From positions 276,342 to 340,341 of the IMG/VR virus record IMGVR_UViG_3300037501_000111: a stretch of 64,000 nt of DNA. One strand, written 5' to 3'. Shown piece after piece: positions 40,989 to 52,314 of this stretch (position 1 is its first letter; each line of letters begins with the position of its first letter). Source of the stretch: a virus. Lineage: Duplodnaviria; Caudoviricetes. Both the position numbers and the translations under genes were made by a program. A model generated the notes under the pieces. The model had not been told where the DNA came from. It saw nothing but the letters and a program-made list of their open reading frames with translations, and searched no databases.

Positions 40989-41950
40989 TGAATAATCATG
41001 AAAACTAATCAACAAAAAGATAGAAGTAAAGAATGTAAATGCCCTTGCCATACTGGAGGCGCAGTGCATTTTATGGCTTGTAGTTGTTATTCTGGTAATC
41101 CTGTCTTAGACGAAAACGACGATGAAAACGAAGAAAACGAAGCAGAAAACTCCCCGTAATGGTTTTGCTATTGTTGCGAAAAAGCGTAAAGCGGGCGAGA
41201 TACGTTCTAAAAAAGATAAGAGACAGAACAGTAAAAACAAACAACAAGAATACCTCAAAGAAGCTGAAGTGTCATGAAGATTCTATCACGTGAAGAGCTA
41301 ATAAAACTTCCGACCAAAAGCCTATTAGCCTATAAAAAGAGGCTACTTAAAGTAGATGGTGCTGAGAGATGTAGCTGCGGTTCTGTTAGCGGATGCGATT
41401 TCCGTAGTAAAGAGCTATTAGCAGAAGGGGCTTTTATTAAAAGCTCACCTCAATGGCAAGAACTTTACGCTCTTGTAAAAGAAATTCTTAATACACGCGA
41501 ACATATTCCGAGAAAAAATGGGAACTAAATTCGCAGATTTCATGCAAGAGATTAAGGAAGAGGCCCGGTCTGGAGGACCCGAGGCAGAGATTTCCTTGCT
41601 GGTGGTATGGATAAACCAGCTTGCTTTTCGGAGAACAAAATGAGTGCAACGTATGCATTTGTGTTTAATGGTACTGGCGATTGGAAGAAGTCCATCGCTG
41701 ATGATTGGGATCTTGACGTTATCGAATTAGAAGGTAACGAGAAAACATTAGGCCATCGTCAAATTGACGGCTCTATTTGTAAGATTGTCCAAACCTCCGA
41801 TGGTAAATTGGTTGCTATAAGCAAGTAATAATATGAACTCCTTACCCACCGAAGACTCTGCGCTAGTAAGCGCTATGTGGTGGTGTATGATTTTATTAGT
41901 AACAACAGGATTAGTTTTCGGATTTATCTCACAGGGATAAGTGTATTCAA

Positions 41951-42361
41951 ATGTCACTACCGTATTTAATTGTTCTTGCCATTTTGGGATGGGGAATCGG
42001 CTCTCTTTTCTATAAGATGGCTAACGATTCTTTACATCCATTTATGGTGTCTGCAATTGCTACGATAGTGTACTTGATTGAAGTGCCACTTGTTTTTACC
42101 TTTGCTAAGTTTAATAAAACAGTCACGCCTAGTGGTATAGCCTTCGCTATCTTAGGTAGTTCCTGTATGGCAGTTGGCTCAATTGGATATTTCTTTGCTT
42201 TGAAGAAAGGTTCAGCGGGAGAAATTACCGCAGTCAGTGCCGTCTACCCGGCCATTACACTATTATTATCTATGTTCTTTCTGGGAGAAGAGATGTCCTG
42301 GCGTAAAGCTATAGGTATGTTACTAGCATTAGCTAGCGTTTTTATTTTGGGATTCAAATGA
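41951..42361 (+). CDS. EamA/DMT-family membrane protein
   Basis: Five hydrophobic segments; YFFALKKG..AVYPAITLLLS..LGE. Confidence 0.85.
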   Translation: MSLPYLIVLAILGWGIGSLFYKMANDSLHPFMVSAIATIVYLIEVPLVFTFAKFNKTVTPSGIAFAILGSSCMAVGSIGYFFALKKGSAGEITAVSAVYPAITLLLSMFFLGEEMSWRKAIGMLLALASVFILGFK

Positions 42362-42822
42362 TTAGAGAAATTTGCGATTGGTTAGCGAAACGTTTGCCAT
42401 CATTTACAATTCCAACGCCCGATGGATCTCCATATCTCACCAGGTATTATTTATTTGGCGCCGATCGTAAGTGTGGAAATATTTCCTTCATCACTTCCAT
42501 TCCTCTGATAAGGATATTGCTCCCAGTGGTACTTACTACCTACATAACCATCCTTGGCCATGGTCTTTCTCAATCATTTTGGCGGGAGGATATGTTGAAG
42601 AAAGACGCCGCACTGATGATACCATTGAAGAAAAAACTTATCTTCCGGGGTCAATTAATACACTAACTGATAAAGATTTTCATCGTGTGGAATTAATTGG
42701 TAACGATGGCTGGAGTCTCTTTTTTTACAGGCTGGCGTTCAGATAAACGTAGCTGGGGATTCTGGGACCGGGTAACTAAAGAGTACTTGGACTTTAAAAA
42801 TTTCGCAAAAGCGATTGAATGA
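42358..42822 (+). pseudogene. Cupin-like protein with two frameshifts
   Basis: PYLTRYY..LHHFHSSD..HNHPWP..LAGGYVE; paralog of 49315. Confidence 0.6.
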
Positions 42823-42877
42823 TGGAAGGAAAGACCATGTCTAAAGAAAAAAAAAATCAAGCGCCGGCCTATGGGCC

Positions 42878-43720
42878 TTGTTTGCTAAGCTTGGTGGTAA
42901 ACTAATTAGTGTCGGGACTAAACTTCTAAAGGGACTTAAGTTTACTAAAGTTGGTTTGGCAGCCGCCTCTCTTGCAGGATATGCGGCTGTATATAATTGG
43001 AAGTTTGGATTGCTTCTGATGATTGCAATTGGCTTTCATGAAAGTGGTCACGTATGGGCCATGAAGAAGATGGGAATTAAAACAAAAGGATTCTACTTCT
43101 TGCCCTTTATCGGCGGTGCTGCTATTGCCGAAGAAGAGTATAAAACATACGGAGAAAATGCGTTTATTGCTATTATGGGTCCTGTATGGGGCGCCTTGTT
43201 AGCTGGTATCTGTGCAGTGGTTTACTATGTCACCGGAGTACCAATGCTAGCGGCGGCTGCGGCCTGGATGGCAACTCTTAATATTTTCAATCTTTTGCCT
43301 ATCACTCCATTGGATGGTGGACAATTGATGCGATCGATTGCCTTTTCCATCAATAAAACACTTGGCGTGGTGTTCTTGGTATTATCAATGGCACTAGGTA
43401 TCTTCATTATGTTAAAGTTGAAGGTAGGATTATTTGCACTAATTCTTGCGGTTGGTGGATTGGAATTATTCCTAGAATTACGTAGGCGTTTTCAATTGAT
43501 GAAGGTTAAAAATGGAACCCTTCCAATCTGGAAACTTTCTCCATCAATGTTGGATGAATCTCAGCCTGATGGTTTGAAGAGATATCCTGATGCAATGAAT
43601 GGAACAAAATTGGCCCTGACAGCTCTTTCCTATGTTGGTACTATTGCTGTACTATTAGTTATCCTTTTCCTGATGGTACATGTACCAGGAGCTGATCTAG
43701 CGAAGCAGTTCCTTGAATGA
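42878..43720 (+). CDS. Site-2 protease (peptidase M50)
   Basis: HESGH, MGP and NLLPITPLDGG; multiple TM segments. Confidence 0.92.
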   Translation: MFAKLGGKLISVGTKLLKGLKFTKVGLAAASLAGYAAVYNWKFGLLLMIAIGFHESGHVWAMKKMGIKTKGFYFLPFIGGAAIAEEEYKTYGENAFIAIMGPVWGALLAGICAVVYYVTGVPMLAAAAAWMATLNIFNLLPITPLDGGQLMRSIAFSINKTLGVVFLVLSMALGIFIMLKLKVGLFALILAVGGLELFLELRRRFQLMKVKNGTLPIWKLSPSMLDESQPDGLKRYPDAMNGTKLALTALSYVGTIAVLLVILFLMVHVPGADLAKQFLE

Positions 43721-44300
43721 TCGATCATTTATTACGATTATTATCAAAGGTATCCTACGATCAACTTACTATACACCCCCTATAGATCCCCCATCGCGAT
43801 GTCGAGATCCACTTCAAAAAGATTTTGAATAACTTTGGCTCCTTGTTTTGTTATAAATTAACGCCCACTATCTATGGGTTTGGAGTCGTGTTTAGTTAGT
43901 TAAGATTAGAATAAATTGAAAGAAGAATATACAATGAGCAATCTTTCGCTTAAGCCATGTCCTATTTGTCAAACGATGATGTGGGTGATTGGTACTGATG
44001 CGAAGGGCAAGAAGATCACTTCTTGTGGCCATAAGTTTAGGTTTAAAAAGACCAAATCTCAAAAGGATATGGATCGCAAATATGTTCGTACCCATGATGG
44101 TGGGCTTGAATTAGTTAAAAAAGGATAAGTAAATGTGGTCTACAGGAACACTATCTAAATTAAACGCTCCCAAGAAATCTTCTAAAGAAGAAGCTTTTCC
44201 AAAAATGCAAAAGTTTTTAGAATTAGAAAACAAATTACAAAAGAATATCATATAAATGATGTGGCTTTACACATTTTCGAAACTCATAAAGGAGGATTGT

Positions 44301-45374
44301 ATGTCAACTACTTTCAACGTTAATCAAAAAGCTCTGCAATCTATGGCCGAAAAGCCGTTCAACACCGTTTCTGTGGCGTCAGCTTTTGAAACAAAGACTA
44401 AAAGTAAAGTCGAAGCAAGTGGTGCAAACCGTAGCAATTTACTTTCCGGTCAAGGCGCCCATAGTTTTGTAGATGCTGTGCATCTAAGTTACTCTCATCA
44501 CGTACCTCTTATCCTCAGCCCTGATACTGTATGGCTTACTATTGCACAAGGCTTTGCTAACCATGTTAATGCCAATGCAGAGTCACTGCGTAAGCGTTTT
44601 GTATCTCATGAAGGTAAGAAGATGATTCTTATTGATGAGCCTGGTTTCGTCAAAGGAAGCCCTGATAATAACTGGCAAGGTACTTTTGGTAAATTCTCTG
44701 ACAAGCTGTCCGAGTACATTGGTAAGAAGCGCGATCTCGTAGTGAGCAATTTCTCTACGACCGGTCTCATTGAGAAGGCTGCTTCTGAGATTGTCCTTAT
44801 GGATAGTATGAAGTCTTACTTCAAGTATGCAGTGCGAACGTCGTGCGGAATTCCCACAATTATTTTGACCGGAACGGTTGAGGATTGGCAAAACATTCGC
44901 ACTCGCGTTGACAATCTTTCGGAATATGATCTTGGTTGGTGGACGAAATCTTTGGGAGATACCATGGACCATTTCGTCAAGGCTGCTCAGGGGAGCCCAG
45001 ATATCAAGTTTTGGGATGAAATGTATAAACAGAGTGGTGGTTCTGGCGGACCTTACATCTCTGGATGGATCAATACCCTGCTTCCTTATACTGAGGATTA
45101 TAAGGGTAACCTCCGAAAGAATCAGTATGCCGAAAAGTGGAATGATAAGAGAGGTTGGGGTGGTGGCCCAACTATGGATCAATATCCTAGTTCTCTTGCA
45201 AAGGTTCCATTCAAATGGGAAATTGATGGAAAGGTTCATGACATGGAGTTCTTAGGAGGTCTTGTTGGTATTCATCAGAATGTTGATCTTTCAATTGAGT
45301 CAGTTACTGGCTGGGCAGTACGAGATCAAGGTACCCAACGAGAGGGTGTTATTAATCCTAATGAGGATTGGTAA
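44301..45374 (+). CDS. DUF4419-domain protein
   Basis: SYSHHVPLILSPDTVWLTIAQGFANHVN..CGIP.I.LTGT.EDW. Confidence 0.85.
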   Translation: MSTTFNVNQKALQSMAEKPFNTVSVASAFETKTKSKVEASGANRSNLLSGQGAHSFVDAVHLSYSHHVPLILSPDTVWLTIAQGFANHVNANAESLRKRFVSHEGKKMILIDEPGFVKGSPDNNWQGTFGKFSDKLSEYIGKKRDLVVSNFSTTGLIEKAASEIVLMDSMKSYFKYAVRTSCGIPTIILTGTVEDWQNIRTRVDNLSEYDLGWWTKSLGDTMDHFVKAAQGSPDIKFWDEMYKQSGGSGGPYISGWINTLLPYTEDYKGNLRKNQYAEKWNDKRGWGGGPTMDQYPSSLAKVPFKWEIDGKVHDMEFLGGLVGIHQNVDLSIESVTGWAVRDQGTQREGVINPNEDW

Positions 45375-45386
45375 TGTCTAGTACTG

Positions 45387-45416
45387 AAGGTGGGATGTAG
45401 GTTCGCATCCCACCTT
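45387..45416 (+). terminator. Perfect 11-bp hairpin after DUF4419
   Basis: AAGGTGGGATG-taggttcg-CATCCCACCTT; no clear U tract. Confidence 0.45.
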
Positions 45417-45839
45417 GACCTCGAAAAATTCGTGATTACAATATTACAAATTGGTGATTCAAATGACTGATCGTGATGATTTTAGAGGTGGTTCTCCTGC
45501 GTTTCCTGCGTCTCGTAAGACTCAAGCTTATTCTTTTATTGAGCCACAGAAAGTGGTTAATGTAGGAGGGCGAGCTGTGGAGCCTACTGTTCCGATGGAA
45601 GCAATGGAGGTTCTTTCTGTCAAAGACGTAGTCCATCGTTTAATTGAACGTAATCTTCAAGCATGGAAAGCTCTTCCAGAACGTATTCGAGATAAGATGT
45701 TAGAGAGCCCTCAAGATTTCCAGCTTATCATGAATAAGCAGGGTAAAGAAGGCGATTTTGATTATAATATCCTATACAATGGAACTGTGTGGCGTTACCA
45801 CAATACTGCTCTTGTATGGGTAATTTCTGATATCGTTAG

Positions 45840-46343
45840 ATGAAAATAGTATTTCTAGATATAGATGGCGTATTTAATTCCGCAGAGTACGGAAGATCTG
45901 AGCGCTATCTAATAGAGACTGCGGGCATGTCAGATGCAGAGGTGATGTTGATAGCACATCATACTCATCTAGATCCTGTGTCTATTCAGATATTCAATGA
46001 TTTGATAAAACGATCTGGCGCCATAGTAGTTCTGTCATCAACTTGGCGTACAAAGTATTCACCCGAAGAGATGACGAAGATGCTTAAAGATCGTGGTGCA
46101 GAATTTGAAATCAAAGAGTCTACCCCAGTACTGTTTGGTAAATTTTCACAGCGCATCCCTAGAGGAAAAGAGATTGCGGCCTATATTAAATCTCTGTCTG
46201 AGAAACCGGAATCATTTGTCATTCTAGATGATCATGATGATATGATTCATTTAAAGACGCACCTAGTGCAAACTAATATGAAGACCGGAATTACTAAAGA
46301 GGATGTAGAGAAAGCTCTCAAAATTCTAAACGGAGATAAGTAA
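45840..46343 (+). CDS. HAD phosphatase, Swiss-Army-Knife RNA-repair type
   Basis: FLDIDGV, VVLSSTWR, RGKEI, FVILDD. Confidence 0.88.
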   Translation: MKIVFLDIDGVFNSAEYGRSERYLIETAGMSDAEVMLIAHHTHLDPVSIQIFNDLIKRSGAIVVLSSTWRTKYSPEEMTKMLKDRGAEFEIKESTPVLFGKFSQRIPRGKEIAAYIKSLSEKPESFVILDDHDDMIHLKTHLVQTNMKTGITKEDVEKALKILNGDK

Positions 46344-46382
46344 TTTCTGCACACCAGTGTATAACGTGATATGTTGTTTAGT

Positions 46383-47107
46383 ATGAAGAAAGTAAATTGT
46401 ACATGTAGCACTACTAAACAATGTAAACATTGTTATGATAAAAACGCAGAGCTAAGATAAAGAAAGGTGTTTGGAAGTTCAACAAACCAATGCCCGATAG
46501 GCTGACCTCAGAACAGGAACAAGTTTTGATTGGTGGATTGTTGGGAGATTTCTATCTGTTTCAAAATGAAAATCATATCAACGCTGGTATAGCTTGTTGT
46601 CGCTCCATTGAGGATAAAGAGTATGCTGAGTTTGAACAATCATTGTTTAATGATTTTTGTAATGGCGGAGTAAAAGAAACATCTTATTTTGATACGCGCA
46701 CCAATAAAACATATCATGGAATAATGTTTAGAACACGAGTTTCAGAAGTCTTTACCTTTTACAAAAAGAAGTGGTATCCTAATGGAACAAAAATAGTTCC
46801 ATCTGATTTGAAACTTACACCACTTATTTGTGCTATTTGGTTTTGTGATGACGGTAGTGTGATAAGGAAAACTGAGAACAGTTTGCAATTACAACTAGCT
46901 ACCGATGGTTTTTCTAAGGAAGAAGTGGATTTTTTAGCAGGTCTTCTTAGGAAAGAATTGAATGAATTATTTATAGTATATCCAAAAGAAGGACATTATG
47001 TAATTCATGCATACACTAACGCAACGAAAAAGTTCATCCAATATATAGGGCCACATTTTCCAGAGTCAATGAAAAGAAAATCAGACAAATGGAAAGGAAT
47101 TATCTAA
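46383..47107 (+). CDS. LAGLIDADG_2-type homing endonuclease
   Basis: LIGGLLGD, LTPLICAIWFCDDG, LATDGFS; N-terminus from 46383 needs an A-run correction, otherwise the start is 46490. Confidence 0.85.
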
Positions 47108-48099
47108 TGCCATTTCATTTCTGTACCGACGAATTACTTGCGCTCTTAGCCATGATTCCGTTCATCGGGTATTTGTTTAGGAAGCTTCATGTGTGGTGGC
47201 ACACTAAGATTGCCCATTCATGTCATGAGAAACATTGTGATGATACTCATGCTGAGCATACTGAATTTCAGTATTCACTAGGTTCTCCGTATAATCCTGA
47301 TAATTGGCATAAACTAATTGAGGTATCTGAAAAAGATATGGAATATTTGTGTGGAACCCCGGCCCCATTGAAGACTACAATCCCGGTTACTATTTGGGAT
47401 CCAATTTCACAAGAGGATGTTCAGGAACGTTTTAGTAAGGATCTAGTTGTTTTCCTCTATGAGGAAGCGAAAGATGCTGGACTTAATAATGTGACCGAAG
47501 ATGAAGTATATTGGTACGTCAATGACAAGGCTGAGCTTCGTGTAGAGGTACGTGATAAGACATTTTTTCATGATTCTCAAACCTGCGAATATGGATGGAG
47601 AATGTCGTGAAAAGATACAAAGCCATCATGCATTTAAATAAGCCAGGCTCCGTACAAGGTAAGCCTTGGACAGTACATTGGCGCGGGACATGCTATCAAG
47701 TCGAAGAAATTAGGTGTATGGTTCCTATGGCATCTGAATGGAAACCAAATAAAAAAAGTAATCCACGTGCATTCTTTACCGCACAAGTGGTAACACTATC
47801 AATTACACAAAATGGTATAGCAATATTGCAATGAACGACGCAAATTCTAAATTAGAAGATTACTCCTATAGAGAGCTTATGGATACCCTTGCAAAACTTC
47901 AGGAAAAATTTCCTGCGGTTTATCGTTGGTTTCTCATCTGGGAGCTGGAGAAAATGCATGGTACCCGAGAAAGTGATTCAGGATTGGGTCAAGAACAAGA
48001 AGCGGATTCAGGATCGCCTTAACCGCATTAAGAAGCGTTTGAAAAAGTTGCAAAAGCAAGAAAAACATTTCGAGATGAGAATAAGGATGATTCAGAAAT

Positions 48100-48576
48100 A
48101 TGAAAAAGAAAACAAAGAAAAAGAAAACAAAGAAAAAGATAATTCGGCACGAAATTCAGACTGAGTATCTGGGTAGCGTGTATGGTAAGGAGTTTCTAAA
48201 GCTGGTCCCCAAAGCAGTTAAGAAGCTCCGTTCTATTAAAAGAAAATATCCCTTTGATGCTATTGCATTTACAGGGTCTAGTGGTGCGGCATTAGCTTAT
48301 CCACTTTCTTATCTACTAAAGATGCCACTTATTCATGTCCGTAAAGGTAATTCTCATTATGGTATGGGCAAAATAGAAGGAACTATTTCTTCTAAGCATT
48401 ACATTATTGTTGATGATTTTATAGAAACAGGTTCTACTATTAAACGAATCATCAAAAATATCAGCGCAGAGACTAATGCTAAACCAATTGGTATCCTGTT
48501 ATACAGCTCTGGAATGAATAACGATTTCGTTTATCAGACGCAAGAATTGCCCGTATTCACCCTTCCAAGGAGATAA
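48100..48576 (+). CDS. Phosphoribosyltransferase-fold protein
   Basis: GSSGAALAYPLS; IIVDDFIETGST PRPP-binding loop. Confidence 0.85.
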   Translation: MKKKTKKKKTKKKIIRHEIQTEYLGSVYGKEFLKLVPKAVKKLRSIKRKYPFDAIAFTGSSGAALAYPLSYLLKMPLIHVRKGNSHYGMGKIEGTISSKHYIIVDDFIETGSTIKRIIKNISAETNAKPIGILLYSSGMNNDFVYQTQELPVFTLPRR

Positions 48577-48578
48577 TA

Positions 48579-48938
48579 ATGAAGCCATATATGCATGCCA
48601 AAAAAAATAGTGCAAAGAAGCACGGCGGCAAACCAGAAGACTATCAAAAGATTCATAACTTTATAGATTCTAGTAAAGCTAGCATGCCTGATATGCGTCA
48701 TAGAAGTTGTTTGCATAATTCTTTTGGTATCTTTATGGTAGAGCAGGTATTTGGAACTACTATTACAAATTCAGAAGGTAAGAAGGTTTGTACCCGCGAT
48801 CTTGCCGAGGACCATGTAATTGAAGACCTTGGTTTCATTCCAACAATGGAACACTGGTTGAATAACATGACCATGCAAGACTGGATGTTCGGTGGTCGAC
48901 GTAAAGAAGCCAAAGATAGAATCATCAAGATCGACTAA
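48579..48938 (+). CDS. DUF6915-like phage protein
   Basis: HGG..EDYQKIHNFIDSSK..DMRHR..LHNSFGI (family recalled). Confidence 0.75.
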   Translation: MKPYMHAKKNSAKKHGGKPEDYQKIHNFIDSSKASMPDMRHRSCLHNSFGIFMVEQVFGTTITNSEGKKVCTRDLAEDHVIEDLGFIPTMEHWLNNMTMQDWMFGGRRKEAKDRIIKID

Positions 48939-48949
48939 AGGAAAGTATT

Positions 48950-49318
48950 ATGTCTAAAGGTATGTGGGAAATTCTAGTTCCGACCGAACGCCGGTCGGCC
49001 CCTGGAAAATTTTACACTACCAGGTTTCATCGTGTTTGGGATGGAAAAGTTAGAGAAATTACCGGAGGTTTAACGGTAATGGTACCTGCACGTGGACAAT
49101 GGGTTAATCCTGTAACTGGACAATTATTTCAAGAGAGAATGATTCCAGTTAGGATTATAGCAACTCGTGAAGAGATTGAACAAATGATTCCAGTTAGGAT
49201 TATAGCAACTCGTGAAGAGATTGAACAAGTTGTTGACCTGACACTCAAATATTATGACCAAATTGCTGTTCTTTGTTACAAGATTAGTGATGAAGTTATT
49301 TTGAAATATAAGGATTGA
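48950..49318 (+). CDS. Conserved phage protein carrying a 15-aa tandem duplication
   Basis: MIPVRIIATREEIEQ twice. Confidence 0.75.
   Translation: MSKGMWEILVPTERRSAPGKFYTTRFHRVWDGKVREITGGLTVMVPARGQWVNPVTGQLFQERMIPVRIIATREEIEQMIPVRIIATREEIEQVVDLTLKYYDQIAVLCYKISDEVILKYKD
49139..49228 (+). repeat. Exact 45-bp tandem duplication
   Basis: atgattccagttaggattatagcaactcgtgaagagattgaacaa x2. Confidence 0.95.
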
Positions 49319-49809
49319 TTATGAGCTTAATTCCTATTGGAGCTATTTTATATATGAGAGAGGTTATTCGTACCCTCTTTCTTGTCAAGGAGATTATCTC
49401 CAAAGATGGTTTGGTACACTTTAGGCGCTGGCGCATTCTAGCCACACCTTGGTTTAATATCTACATTCATAACATTCTAAGGTCTGATGAGGAAGCTCAT
49501 CCCCATGATCATCCGTGGAATTTTCTTTCCTTTATTTTGAAGGGCGGGTATACAGAAGCATGGTTACCCTTTTATGAAGATGTAGCATATAGGAACGGTG
49601 TCCCTCTTCTCAATTCTACTAGGAAACCTGGTACCGTAGTGTATCATGATGCAAAAGATTTCCATAAACTTACGCTCCTGAAAGATAGCGCTTGGACCCT
49701 GGTGTTTACCTTTGGTAAGCGCCGTCCCACATGGGGATATCAAACCGAACAAGGATGGTTTGAGCAAAAGGCATATCGAGAATTAAAACATGAAGGTAAA
49801 TTACGATGA
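49315..49809 (+). CDS. Cupin-like protein
   Basis: HPHDHPWNFLSFILKGGYTE..FHKL..WTLVF. Confidence 0.75.
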   Translation: MIMSLIPIGAILYMREVIRTLFLVKEIISKDGLVHFRRWRILATPWFNIYIHNILRSDEEAHPHDHPWNFLSFILKGGYTEAWLPFYEDVAYRNGVPLLNSTRKPGTVVYHDAKDFHKLTLLKDSAWTLVFTFGKRRPTWGYQTEQGWFEQKAYRELKHEGKLR

Positions 49810-50243
49810 AAAAGAGTGATGCAAAACCTGGAACCAGAGTTCTAGCCTCTACTAACTATGATGAGTGGGGAGATGGAGAACATTTGGGGCCATATAAGTA
49901 TGATGAATATGGCGACACTGATCTAATTGGAGTCATCCGTAGCAAAGAAGCTTCACCCGGTCATGTCTGGGTTAAGTGGATTGAAGGAGACTTATCTGGA
50001 GACGAGGAAGAAGTCGAACTCAAACTTCTAATTTTAGAATCTGAACGCTCCCAAATCGAAGAAGATTTCAAGAAAGTTTCTAAAGAAGTTAAAGAGAAGA
50101 TGAAAGAAGCAGCAAAACTTGTTAACGAGGCTGGTAAGATGGCACGCTCCGTTCATACCGAATTGGCTTATATGGAAGCTGCTTATGAACTTGTAAACGC
50201 AATGGACAAGAATGGTTGGCGTAGTTCTTCATGGGGATGCTAA
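49806..50243 (+). CDS. Paralog family B protein
   Basis: VKW..EAAKLVNEAG..GWRSSSWGC. Confidence 0.75.
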   Translation: MKKSDAKPGTRVLASTNYDEWGDGEHLGPYKYDEYGDTDLIGVIRSKEASPGHVWVKWIEGDLSGDEEEVELKLLILESERSQIEEDFKKVSKEVKEKMKEAAKLVNEAGKMARSVHTELAYMEAAYELVNAMDKNGWRSSSWGC

Positions 50244-50667
50244 TGAAAAAGAAGTTTGAAATGGGCTCTCGTGTAGTGTGGGTAGAACGTAGTAATCTTG
50301 ATACTCATAATGAGTATGAAGATGATGATACCATCAGAGGAATTATAAAGTCAGTCAATGATGATGGCAGTTTTACTGTGCAATGGGACAATAGTTGGGT
50401 GAATCCAAACATCAGCAATCACAAAAAAAAGATGAACTAATTACAGAGGTTGAGGCTGATAAGATTCTTTCCAAATTGGAAAGAGAATATGAAGTTTGGG
50501 CTGGTCCTATCAGGAAAAAAGATGGAAAGGCCGCTAAACTTCTACAAGAGGTTGGTGAATTAGCGGATGAGCAGAATAGAGAATTGATTGAAATGCATGA
50601 TGTAGTTGGTCCCCTCATCCACGCCATGGATGAATTGGGCTGGCGTACTAGCTCTCTATCTTGTTAA
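50243..50667 (+). pseudogene. Paralog family B gene with A-run frameshift (~50425)
   Basis: VQWD..LEREY..AAKLLQEVG..GWRTSSLSC. Confidence 0.65.
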
Positions 50668-51662
50668 ATATGAAATTATGAATACCGTTTACGTTTTAAT
50701 GGAAGAAGGATGGGAATATAATGATGAGATTTATTTCCAACCAGAAGGTGGCGGGGCTCACCTCATTCATTCTTTACTGATAAGGAAAAGGCCCAAGCAG
50801 AATGCGATAAACGAAACTTAATTTCGTTTAAAAAGCTGTGGGAGTCAGGAGAGATTCGAGAGTATTGTTATGGATTTGACGAACTCATTCCATACAATCA
50901 TCGTAAAAATAAAGAAAAGCGCAAAGCGCTGGACGCAATTTGTGAAAAGATTTTCGGAAAAGATTTCGAAGAAATTTCCGAAGATTTCTACAACGATAAA
51001 AATGTGAAAATTGAATCTCAATCTGATAAAGATTGGAAAGAACTTATGTCACATTTGAAACTTAATTTTTGGGAAGTTGTCCAGGTAGAAAAGGGATGAT
51101 ACATGTTACAGTTGCAGATTGCAGATCCAAACGTTAGCTCTGGCAGCATCGGAGTTTCATAGTGTTTAGATCATGAGGTTCTTAAAGAGTTTGCCGCCAA
51201 AGGTCTCCTTGATCCTCAAGTTGTGATTGTGGTGGCACCGACTAAGAATTACCATATCAAAAAGGAATCGCGTAAAGTGGTTCCTCTCAAAGACCTTATG
51301 ACCTACATTGAATGTCGAGCGGCTGGTCCAAGTAAAGTATATGGACTCATTACATTCCGTGAACCAAAAGAAGCAAGGGAGCATTATCTTTCCAAAGAGG
51401 ATAGAGCTTACCAGAATAATGTTTTAGATTACGACGGTGAATCCTATAGCTCTCGCCTCATCGGTCAAGAAAGCCGAGATGCGATTGAGTCTGGAAATTA
51501 TAAATATCTTTCTGAGCCCCTTACAATTAGTGTGCCAAAAGGAGTCTTCGCAAAAGATCCGCCCAAATGGGAAAAGGCTTGGGTTAATCTTTTTTCCGTT
51601 CAAAGGTAATTGACCAGTGCGATTATCGTAGACGCCGCCTGTTTGCTTATTCAGTTCAGCTT

Positions 51663-52256
51663 TTGATTGTTGGATTCAATCTATTCCTTCGATCATTAAT
51701 TTTGCTTCTTGGACTGCTAACTGGAGCAAGGTCTTGGTCCCTCAAGTTTCTTAATCCTATTACATATAAGTTAAGGGAGACTTGGGAAATCTGGGAAGGC
51801 GGGAGTATTTTCATTCGTCATCAACCTGAAGATGACAATCCTAATGAGGAATTAATATATCTGCCTTCCAGTTATCTTTTACGTAGTTTTTGGTTGACAC
51901 CATTTATGCCACTTATTTTAATTCCGGTGGGATTATTATATTGGTTTCATCGTCCATATCTTGCTACCTCTATTTTATTGTTGATATTTTTAGTGGTCCC
52001 AGCTTTATTGGTAGTAGTCTCCTATTTAGCAACGAACGGTAATGGTGGAAGATTGGTCAAGAAGGCGTGGAAAGGTATTACTAATATGTTTACTAGCGAC
52101 AAACTCTGGTATCTACAACAGGAAGATATACAATTCATTACCTGCAATACAAATAAGTCGCCTTTGACATACAAGAGTTTTCCGGCTCGCCGCAAAACCA
52201 TTGGTCTCAGGTTTCAAAACCTCAAAACCAAAGTGTGTAAACCATTTTCAGTTTAA
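51663..52256 (+). CDS. Membrane protein
   Basis: Two to three hydrophobic segments. Confidence 0.6.
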   Translation: MIVGFNLFLRSLILLLGLLTGARSWSLKFLNPITYKLRETWEIWEGGSIFIRHQPEDDNPNEELIYLPSSYLLRSFWLTPFMPLILIPVGLLYWFHRPYLATSILLLIFLVVPALLVVVSYLATNGNGGRLVKKAWKGITNMFTSDKLWYLQQEDIQFITCNTNKSPLTYKSFPARRKTIGLRFQNLKTKVCKPFSV

Positions 52257-52263
52257 GTTGAGG

Positions 52264-52276
52264 CTCCCATTCATGG
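52264..52276 (+). promoter_or_regulatory. Dispersed motif copy 16 (CTCCCATTCATGG)
   Basis: 7 nt after the stop at 52256. Confidence 0.7.
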
Positions 52277-52314
52277 ACGAAACGTATACGCATATTAGGT
52301 GATATAGTAAAGAC

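Noticed and set aside
45387-45416. tRNA T-arm fragment (loop contains GGTTCG)
   Set aside because: No other tRNA elements nearby; position after a stop codon fits a terminator or stabilising hairpin.
381-52276. Motif as a CRISPR repeat, or as an integron attC array
   Set aside because: Copies are kilobases apart with whole genes between them, are only 13 bp and non-palindromic, and no cas or integrase gene is in the window.
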